In this document: one piece after another, positions 28,346 to 38,529 of the stretch
Position numbering within the stretch: the first letter of the stretch is position 1
Layout of the letters: each line of letters opens with the position of its first letter
Assembly (NCBI GenBank): GCA_040954595.2
Contig: CM082591.2
Coordinates: 7,120,047 to 7,184,046 of the forward strand
Direction: 5' to 3'
Length of the DNA: 64,000 nt
DNA from: Balanoglossus misakiensis
Lineage: Eukaryota; Animalia; Hemichordata
Notes under the pieces: model-generated
Database searches by the model: none
What the model was told of the DNA's origin: nothing
The model's input: only the letters and a program-made list of their open reading frames with translations
Position numbers and translations under genes: made by a program

Positions 28346-31300
28346 AAGATTGGTAATAAAATTTAAAAAAAAATCAATGTTCATTTCTTGCTATGTTTGT
28401 CGATGTTGTAGATAACTGTAAAAAAAAACCAACCATAATCGTGGAAAACACGACCTAGGTCGCCGAATGTCACTACCGTCTTAAGACGGTAGTGACATTC
28501 GGCGAGGTCTGGTCACCAACAATTCAGAGAGTTCAAAATCATTATAAGAAACTTTTCTTAAGACGGTAGTGACATTCGGCGACCTAGGTCGTGTTTTCCA
28601 CGATTATGGTTGTTTTTTTTTTACAGTTATCTACAACATCGACAAACATAGCAAGAAATGAACATTGATTTTTTTTTAAATTTTATTACCAATCTTAACA
28701 ACAACAACAACAACAACAACAACAATAACAACAACAACAATAACAAAATTACTCAGTTCCCTGTGATAATATGGGATCAGTTGATTCAAAACTTCAAGTA
28801 AATGTTGAATGATTGTTTGCCAGACTTCTACCGGTACTACCAAACTGCATTGTGTGTAAATGTATAATATAAGAAAACTTGATGACATAACATTTATGGC
28901 ACTTACCAGAAACCTTGACATCACAACGCAAATTTTTACAAGTATGAGGCAAGATGAGAATAGAGGTCTGGTCACCAACAATTCAGAGAGTTCAAAATCA
29001 TTATAAGAAACTTTTCACTTGATCAAACATAAACAAAGTAACGTCAGAAGATACCAACCTTGTCATCTTTGAATTCAACTTTGTATTCTTTGCAAGAATA
29101 GATTGGCTGTCTGGTCATTGATGAATACTTTTGTCTGTAAATTAGAAACATCAAAATGCGTGCAGATATTGACTCAATATCAATATCATGTGGATGAGAT
29201 TGTTATGATCAATTCTGCAAGAGCATTTGATGGAGCATCAAGGTGTGCCAGAATAGAAAAAAGAAAAGCTATGAGCCAATTTGTGTGTAAATGTCCAATG
29301 TACAAGTAGGCTGATTATTGGCAGACAGCATAAAGCAATATAAAATAGAACAGTGTTTCAAACCCTCTGTTTTGATTGGTATGGTTGAATCCATATGCAA
29401 CAGAAAGGGGTGAAAGGTTCACTCTTTGTTACAGTGGCCAGAATTAAAACAACTCTGGTCCAGGGTGAAAATGCTCAATTTCTACAATTTCAACCACTAG
29501 CTACAATCATTCAATTTCTTAATTTGACTTTGGAATTGTCATATGTAGATATTCCACAATATCAAGAAACTTTAATTTTGTTATGATTATAAATAATCAA
29601 AAAAGGTAATTCAAATTAGGAACTTACCAATTTTTTATCCAAGTGACAATGTGGAACAGCCAGTAGTGTTGAGACAGACTATTTATCATGACTCATCCTA
29701 AGTAACTGCAGGTTTTCCATCTCTCAGATCATCTGCAATGATGTCACTATATAAGTGGTTAGGGATATTCATGCAAAAAAATATATCACTAAATTTCCAA
29801 CAATGCAGTTTAATTTCCAATAAATTCTTTAAAGTTAGAAAGGTTTACACCAATAATTTTCTCAAGGGTTTAATCACAAAAATACTCACCTGGTCCAAGA
29901 AATACGTACCAGCCCTCTCGGCTAAGGAGTAGATAATTCTTCTCTGTTCACCAATATAACAATTACTGATTGAAAAGCAGACCATCTCTGGTTGGCTGGA
30001 AAAAGAAACAAAAGCTTTGGCACAACAACATTACAGATAGTATATAAAGTTAGAAATACTTTGTATTATAATAGTCTGTCAATAAAATGACAGATAGCTT
30101 TTTTCTTTGTATTGCAAAGCAATAGAAATAGTTTCAGAAATTGATGTTTGTCTTGTTGCCCTGGTTTGAAAAGCTACAAGTATAAGGTAGGCAATGATCC
30201 TTGAGACATTGTTCAAGAATTTTTATGTAAGACCTACTAATTCCAAAATTACAAGGCAAAGATTATTCCTGAACGGATCTGTTAAGATGTGTTACCATGA
30301 CAACAATACTGTCACTAAATCCATTGAGCAGTTGAATAGGAACATTTTTTATGGGTTACACAGACCATAAATAAAGTGATAATTTCAGGTAATATTTCTG
30401 CTACTTGTTTTCAAAAATAGAATTATTAACTGATATTAACATTTTGTCCAGTTTCCATGGTTACATGGTATTGGAAAATGTGTACATAAAGAGTACTTTG
30501 GCAGAAATATATCATGGCAATAACTCGCTAAATTTGTAAAAAACAAAAGGTTTAAAGTTAAATTATAACACTAACTTTAGCACATTGCCAATGTTTTACA
30601 AAATACATTGAGGTTCAGTTGTCATGGTTACCAGTCAATAATGCTACCATCATACATTTTTTCCTAAAAATAATGGACCAAAGAATTATCCCTGAAACTC
30701 AGTTCAAGAATTGTTATGAAATGTCTACTGAGTCAAAAGTTACAAGTAAAAGATTATTTTTGAACTGATTTCTTTGAATGTGTTACCATGGCAACATCAA
30801 CAATAGTATATCTATTGAATGGTTAAATAAGATAGTCTTTTATGTATATTATAATATCAAAAACAGACAAAGTAAATTTCCTCCTAGCTATATTGTAGAG
30901 AAAAAGAAATACTTCAAGAAACTCATGGTTACTCTGGTTGCCATGGTTATTTGTCACTGTAAACATTGTGTAGAAAAACTACCCCTTAGTAGTTCAGTTG
31001 TCATAGCAATGATTCGTTTCTTTTGTAATATGTTTTCTCTTGTTAAAATGAACAATAAACCCTAACTCAAGCATATTCCTAATGCATTGCAATACAGCAT
31101 GTTTGACCTTTGACCTTTGTTTCACCTAATAGGTCACTGGTCAGTGAGGACACTGGATGGCCAAAGTCCAAAGCCAGGCCGAAAGTTTAAAGACCCAGGC
31201 GGTATGGTGTTCCATGGTGACAAACTGGTGGTGTGTGACCGAGGCAACAGGGTTGTACAGATACTGAATCAAGATTACACCTGTGACAAAGTCTTGGGAA

Positions 31301-31950
31301 GTTTTGATGGTCAGTTTGCAAAGCCATTCCAGCCATGGCATGTAGCTGTCTCCCATGACAACATCTACTTCATAAGTGATCGTGGAAATTCTCAAATCGT
31401 TGTTTGTGATCAAAACAATAAAATTCTTAGAATAATTACTCTACCTGCAGGCATCGATGTCTATGGCATCGCTCTACTGAATGGATTTGTTTTGGTCACT
31501 GAGGTCAAAGGTCATCGGCTACTCAAGTACACCCAAGATGGTCAGTATGTTGCAGAGGTTGGTGGTCGAGGTCGTGGCCAAACACAATTCCATAACCCAT
31601 ACTCTGTGGTGGTCAACAGTAAGAATGTCATCATGGTGTCTGACTGTTACAATCACTGCATCAAGTGTTTTGATGCTGAATTGAAATTCTTGTATCAATT
31701 TGGTGTGAAAGGTGAAGGTCCTGGTCAGCTGAGGTGTCCATACAGCATTGACGTCGATGACGACGATAATTTGTTTGTGTGTGATGTGGTGAATGACAGG
31801 ATTGTGAAATGGAGATTTGATGGAGAGTGGATCTGTCACTTATTTGAAGGTGAGGTGAGAAGGCTCTGGTTCCTTGCAGTCAGCGGTGACAGAATTGCTG
31901 TTAGAGAGGCCATCAGACACCAAATCAAAGTATTCTACAAGCAGACATAA
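20138..31950 (+). CDS. 8-exon gene, ~1595 aa: 2 GT N-lobe repeats, GT4-like glycosyltransferase, TRADD-N-like domain, coiled coil, acidic linker, NHL repeats
   Basis: Exons 20138-22268, 22648-23115, 23459-23538, 24102-24180, 24845-25558, 26340-26690, 27877-28023 and 31133-31950. All introns are GT-AG with compatible phases (1,1,0,1,1,1,1); total 4788 nt, open to TAA. An acceptor at ~20127 implies a further upstream exon. Confidence 0.8.
22648..23115 (+). CDS. Exon encoding a TRADD-N-like alpha/beta domain
   Basis: Phase 1-1 exon; EITSMKSGSLQITAN...LYNLYRL...SLAKALEPIL resembles the 'GSL-strand-helix' pattern of TRADD-N-like domains that follow GT4 in invertebrate proteins (recognised by eye). 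Confidence 0.55.
25009..25224 (+). repeat. Coding 54-bp tandem repeat x4 (QTESVENKRKLVGEITKL) in the coiled-coil exon
   Basis: Units start at 25009, 25063, 25117 and 25171 and are nearly identical. Confidence 0.95.
25570..26208. mobile_element. Non-autonomous element with a terminal ~150-bp hairpin, in intron 5
   Basis: Imperfect palindrome 25570-25717 centred on GAGCCGCAGGCGAG, followed by a core bounded by ttctcacac...gtgtgagaa. Confidence 0.6.
26940..27841 (+). mobile_element. 3' fragment of a CR1/L2-group LINE in intron 6
   Basis: GVPQGSVLGPILF just upstream of ORF 27003, LNDDKTE, IQRVQNIAAR, MHWLPV, GDRAFTVAAPILWN, and a (TTA)n tail at ~27826-27841; internally deleted. Confidence 0.88.
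28262..28770. repeat. Large inverted repeat (fold-back) with ~220-bp arms, in intron 7
   Basis: 28262-28484 is the reverse complement of 28558-28767, including the (GTT)n/(AAC)n tracts. Confidence 0.9.
31133..31950 (+). CDS. Terminal exon encoding an NHL-repeat beta-propeller
   Basis: Repeated F..P.g+a...+.V.D..N.R+ motifs (FKDPGG..VCDRGNRVVQ, FQPWHVAV..ISDRGN, QFHNPYSVVV..VSDCYNHCIK, QLRCPYSIDV..VCDVVNDRI); acceptor ctaatag at 31132. Confidence 0.92.
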
Positions 31951-34900
31951 ACATCACCATGAAATACATGTCCACACGACATCAAAAACAGTGAAATTTG
32001 GGAGAAAATTTAGAGGCTGCGGCGATAAATTTACGATTGATCGCATGCCATGGCAACAAAGTTCAAACTGAACCAATGTCACTTTCACAATTTTTGGAGT
32101 TATTGTCCACATTTTGAAGAAAAATTCCGAACAGAAATTAATTGTATGTGCAGTCGCTACATGTACTGAGTGTAGGCAAAATAAACTGAGGGTGTTTTGA
32201 GTAATTTTTGCAGTTTATTTTGAGGGATTTTGAGACTAGACTGTTTGAAACTGAATGCATTTCGTCAACTTGGCATGTAAACAATCAAAAATTGGGTTCT
32301 TTTTTCCACATTTACAAAGACCATTTTGGAAAAAAAATATTTAAGCCTACAGTCGCTTCATGTAACGAGTATAAATAATCCAAATCTGAGTCGGTTTGGA
32401 ATATTTTTACTCGTTTTTTTCATGAATTTTGACATGGAGGGGTCTGAAAGTTATGATGTGCACAGTCCACTTCCCATCAGATCTCCATTGCATCCGAAAG
32501 GATGAAGGCGATTCATCAATTTATGTGTGCAAAACAATTCTAAAAACTTACCTGTAAATCGCCAGAGATATATATTGTATTGTGATCTGTAAATATTTCC
32601 ATTCGATAGTCCAAAAAAATTGTTATTTCAAATATATATGAAGAAAGGATGCGCGACCGGTAATCTTTTAGTTTTACCGCCATTTGTTTTGAACTGTGTT
32701 GAGGGCGCACAGTTCAATGAACGAGGAGGGAGCTTGACTTCAACGGTAGAGGGCGCTATGACTATTTCTGCTATCAGGAATAGGAATCGATTGTGCTTCA
32801 CGAACATTGACATACGGTAAAGTGTGTTTTCGTCAGCGTAAAATGTATGTATGAACTTGGAGAAATATATTCATTTCATTCATTTGAGACATATTTTAGT
32901 CGTTATTGTAAATAATCATGTTCTCTATTTGATATTGTAAATATCGTGGTATGTTCTTGAATTTGCTAGCAAGATAAACTTTTCACAAACTTTAATAGGT
33001 AAACTTGATGAAATGGGAACTGCAGTATAAATATTCTCGTTGCCTTTTTCGCATTGTTGAACATAGCAGGTTTTTGTCAGCGTAAAAATGTACATATGGA
33101 CCTGGAGAAATATATTCATTTGAGGCATATATTTTAGTATGTATTGCTCTCTATTTGATATTGTAAATATCCTGTTCTTGTTATGTTCTTGAATTTGCAA
33201 TCAAGATGAAGTTTTCACAAAGGTAAACTTGATGAAATGGTACTGCCAGATTTTCAGAACAATTTATTTTTTCTTCCTGGCCTAAGGTTCAAATTCTGTT
33301 GACGACGACCCAGACATGTACGGTCCAATATGAAAGCAGCTGTCTGTGACCAACTCCAAAATTGCGCCCCCAAACACCACCACCAATACGTAGGTGATTC
33401 CAAAGTGATTCCAAAAGACGAGTTTGTATTATTTTTTTGCCATTTCTTTATTTTCATCTAAAAATGGTCACCAAAATTGAGAATTGACAATTGTGTGCAA
33501 TTTTAAAAAAGACAATAATTGTTTGTATCCATACCTTTTCTGATGATTACTCCTGAAATTGAGAGAAGATACTTTGTAGCTGAAGGAAATATTTTCTAAA
33601 ATTCTATAAATTACATATATTATAGCGTTTTGCAACTATTAGTACATTCTATTTTTAAAATTAGCTTTCTGAATGTGAACATTCTAGACAAATGCATACA
33701 AATATCTGGCATAAACTCTGTAAGTTTTACACAAAGTTAGAAAAAAAGATGTTTTTCATAATTTCATAATTTTATCACACAGTTGTGAATTGAATGCATG
33801 CGCACAATTATCCAAAAACAAATATGACTTTATCTAAAATAATGAGTTTTCTGTTTGATAACAGATTTGTGTTTGCTTAAAGCAAAACACACAGTTGGTT
33901 CAGAAAGATATGTAATATTTCAATAAATGCCCAGATTTGCAAATCTCAAAATTGGCCATCTTTTAATCAACTTTTTCTTAAAGCAATATTTTTCAAAAAG
34001 CTCACATTTTATCACAATCAATAATAAATCTATCGAAACAATTTATGCCATGCTGATGCCTTGCAGACTTTAATAAACATGATTGTAAACTATTTACATA
34101 ATCCTAAGTCATATGTGCATACCCTAATTATCGATTTTAGTTCCGGCATGCTGGACTCATTTTTGTGTTGTCTGCTTGGAGATGACACCATGTTTTGGAA
34201 CGGCGCCCTCTATAGGGGAAAAGGCGTACGCAAATCAAAATGAAGCTCAACCTACAATACTAACTTCAGCTTTGAGCAGATTTTCAAAATATCCCAGCAT
34301 TACGAACGACATCTGCTATGGATGTACAATCATGACCATATGCACACTATTTAAAAGTAAATCTATCAACTGCACATCATCCCACCAACCACTAAGGATA
34401 ATTTCAGCCTCTCGTCTTATAAAAGATCCATGAAAAATTTGAGAACAGATTTGGAAGACGATGATTATTTTGAAAATTGGTTACGAAGGTTACAGTGTAT
34501 TCAGAGCATTCAGCAGTTATTAAACATACATTTCACATATCATGTCAATCTCAACATTATTACGTCTAAAATTGTCAGGGTTCTCCCCATACTGTTCGGT
34601 GGTCGGCTTTATTGTGTACTCAATCTAGTCTATTGTCTCATTTTGATATGTTGAAGAATCGGTATGACTTGCAACAGACATGAATACTAATGAGTATACA
34701 TATTAATGAGCATGAATATTAATGAGGAGCCAGCACTCAAGTCAACCTGGTGAGAACCGTAAATTGTATTTGACATCACATATTTTTCACATGATTTGTA
34801 ATTTTCAAGAATTATTTTTCTTCAAGAATATACCACAGGCACAATTGCATGTAATTGAGCCATAAACTTCTATTGTATTAAGTTTTATCTTTAAAACTCT

Positions 34901-35163
34901 TAATATGATGTCTGCTTCTCTTGAATATTTCATTGTTTATAAAAATATAGCTAAAATTGCTACATTCTAGAAGACTTAATGAATGAAGTTGAAATGGCTG
35001 ACGTACATTCTTGTTGAATTCTCTAATTGGTGACAATTAGCTTTGTGAAAGTCATAAAACTTATTCTTTTCAAGGGTGACGATCATCTTATGTGCATGTG
35101 CCAAACCAGTGACCATGTAAATCACTCATCAATATCCATGACAACCAGTCAGAATAAGATGCA

Positions 35164-35602
35164 TTATAATATACCTCATGCTAATACTGTGCCGTGATTC
35201 GCCAGAATCCGTCACGTGATAGGAAAATAGAATCGACTATGAACCGATAGGGAAATAGCAGAAAAAATATAAACCGGTCACGTGACCAGCGTGGTCACGT
35301 GAATCAGCGTCGCGTCGTCTGACACAATGGCCACTGCTGAAGGTGTCGTCTGCCAACCTCAAGAGAAAATTGCAAGATTTTCCCAGCTGATAGCATGAGG
35401 TTTATTATAAAACACCTATAGCCTGGCCTATATTCGGGCCATAGCAGCCGTTTTTACCCCCTCGTGACTGTGAGTTACCAGAATCATATGCTATTTCCCT
35501 CGGCCTGCGGCCTCGGGAAATAGCATGTGATTCTGGTAACTCACAGCCCCTCGGGTGTAATAAACGGCCGCTATGGCCCTCATGGCCAGGCAATAGGTGT
35601 TC
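35164..35602. mobile_element. Copy-B-specific insertion with a terminal ~190-bp hairpin
   Basis: Absent at 2310 in copy A; core bounded by acctcatgcta...tagcatgaggt, then palindrome 35411-35601 centred on CTCGGCCTGCGGCCTCG. Confidence 0.8.
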
Positions 35603-36790
35603 AATATGAAATGTGACCATATTTTGAAATGCATGTAACCAATGAACTCTGACATGAGACCATGACCACTCTTTACCTCAGAGTTAGGACACTGTTCATC
35701 AAATATCAAGAACTGCTGATAGTCTGACCCCACACAGAGAATACGCAAATCTACTATAGCATGAAAGCAGCCAAATGCACGAAAAAAATTATCCTACGAT
35801 CACATCTTTAAATGTTTACGAAAAAATTTAGAAAGAAAAACATGGTACAATAATCTAAATTTGACAAACTTATTATACCTAGTACTGTACTCGTATTTAG
35901 TATGCAGGACTCTATTTCAGAAAAAAAATATTGCATCAAAACATGCTACAACTACTAATCTACATAGAAATGCAGCATTTATTTTTGTCAAGCATCATTA
36001 TTGGCACGGTTACCCATATTTCCATGATTTTTTGCAAGAGCATCAGTGATGCTGAAAATAGCCTGAAGTTAATGAAACACCCAGCTGTCAGGTAAAAAAG
36101 TCTGCCATTATTGAAATTCTTCAATATCAATCACATGATCTGGCCATGTGACCCAGGGCGTTGTCATTTCCAGGTGACGGGCAAGCAATATTTCGGCATC
36201 CAGTAAAAGTTTTTCCGGGTATGTTTGTACATATACTTAAAAACTGCCAGACATGTAACATATATCACCATGATCAGGCATGGTGCCTCATCAGCCTCAA
36301 CTTCAAGGCATTATGTTTGCACAGTCGTCATCAGCACCACATCGCTGAAGTTGCCCCGTCATCTGGAAATTTGAATGCCAACAGAACTGCTCCTGAATGT
36401 GTGTGACGTCATTTGATATTGGAGAATAATCAAATTACATTGGTGGATCAATGCAAAAGATGCTTTTTATCAGCTTTAACCCTTTCTCCCCCATTCCCAG
36501 TAGAAGGGTCCAGAACTGGCACAGAGAATAATGGAGTTGGACCAAACCATAGTGAACACGGCAGTATTTGTGTGTGTGCAAAATCAAAATGACGAATAAG
36601 ATGATGATCGAGAGATGTCTACAGATTTTCACCCGTAGTCATGATGTGCATTGAGGACGATTTTCCATCCATCTTGTTCAGATCAGAATATCCATGTATC
36701 AGGCATTCTTGACAGTCTATCCATCTTTTCTAGATCTTGGACACAGCAATTACACACAATGTACTTTTTGTGATCTCATGAAAAAATGTT

Positions 36791-37436
36791 CTAAAGAGTT
36801 GGCCGACTGACTTTTGTGAGTCCAATACTTTCCAGAACCTCTCTCACTTCATCATACGCCTCTGGTTGTTCAATGGTTGGTGGAATCTAAAATTGAATCA
36901 AAGAATTCACTCATTAGACTGTCATTTCTTTCAAGCTCCAGTAAGCTTTGTTAACCCTTTCACCCTCAGTTCCCTCTTTAGAGATCCAACTTTACTATTT
37001 GAAACAAATGGGTTGGACTGAACCATGATGGTGAAAAGGTTAAGAAGCTAAAAATTAGAAGGGTGCCCTCTTTATGAAAATCAAGCCATTCAAGTCAACC
37101 CGTTCAAAATACACACATGGCAAAGAAACAAAAGATATCCAACTCGGTCAAAGTACGTCCAATGGCCCATAGTGACCATACATATATTATCACGTCCCAT
37201 ACCTGGTAGGGTTAGAAATAAAGTCCCTTTTTCCTGAGCACAGTTCAAATGCTACCTCACCTTAAAAGGTTGTCCATTGGCCATGGACATCAGTGTTGAC
37301 CTCGTGATCTTTCCAGATTTAGTTTTCGGCAATTTTGTCACAATGACCGCTTTCTTGAACGCAGCAACGGGTCCTATTGATTCCCGGACAATCTGCACAA
37401 CTTCATTCATGATGTTGTGGTGAGACTTATTGACAT
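36791..37436 (-). CDS. ACSS3: Last two exons (37261-37436, 36791-36886) of an acyl-CoA synthetase short-chain family member 3-like gene; frame intact, upstream exons not found in window
   Basis: The spliced translation ...VRESIGPVAAFKKAVIVTKLPKTKSGKITRSTLMSMANGQPFK|IPPTIEQPEAYDEVREVL... carries the A10 motif (PKTxSGKI) and the IGPVAAF/TIE signature of ACSS3/PrpE C-termini; canonical splice sites, phase 0 junction. Confidence 0.8.
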
Positions 37437-38529
37437 CTGACAAGAAAATAACACATGCAAGGTTTCAAAGTCGAATTTTGTATATTTTCACTCTTTCACT
37501 CATGAACTCTGACCTGTAACTGAGACCTTTGGCCCAACTACTTTTGTTTACAATCAGTACATGCACTACCGGCATTATCTGTTTTGACTATTTTTTCCAG
37601 TATTTTTTTCTGAGTATCAACCATGGTTTCTTGTTCAGCTCCCAAAGCACAGGGCGCTCGATCTCAAAAAATAAAAAAATAAATAAAAAATAAATTTGTT
37701 GTTGTTGAAAATAATAATGATTCGATATTAAAAAGAAATAAAAAAATAGCGTCAAGGACACTTGGTGCTCTCTCAGCACTCTGTAGTGGATGACGAGCAG
37801 CATGTTTGGAGAACAGTGGTTTGGTATATGGGTGAAAGGAACAATTTGCAAACACCAAGGTGAAATGCTGAACTGTTTTGCTCATGTAATATTCAATGAA
37901 GCTTGATAAGGTAGGTGCTTGGCAGGGGGAAAAACCGCTTGTCAAGGGCTCTGATAACTGTTTTAAATTTAGTCTTAAAAATGGCCCGCACACACAAATG
38001 GCCTCACACAAATATATTCTGTCATTTCCCCCTCAGATTTTGTATCTTATGTCATATCAAATTGCACCAGTGCAAGCTATGAGAAATGGGTTTTGAAAAA
38101 AAAAACAGTGCAAGTACCGTAGAAGTACTAGTCTAAAAGTGAAAGAAATACATTTTGAAATCAGACAGCATTCAAGATCAGCTGAAGTGGTTTGATAAAA
38201 AGTTCTCCATTTTCAAGTATATAACTGCCATGTGCTGACTATAGTAGTGTAGGTGGTAGCAAAAAAATACATGAATTATTCAAACAGAAAGTTCAATCAT
38301 TTAGTTTCCCAATTGATGGGAGCATAGCAGTTGTGAACATAGTATATGAAATAATTTAAAATAGTCACTGCTCTCTGGTCCATCATTTTCGGTAGAAGTG
38401 ACCTGATTTCACATCAATAGTTTCCCACCCGTCATTTCCAGCTAATTTCATGTAGAACAAAACCCTATACAACATAATGACATTTCTAGAACCCTTTTTT
38501 GCTGGTTGGGCCCACAGACTAACACTATA

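Noticed and set aside
32820-33245. Diverged ~245-bp direct duplication near the A/B junction
   Set aside because: Ordinary old local repeat with no coding or structural signal.
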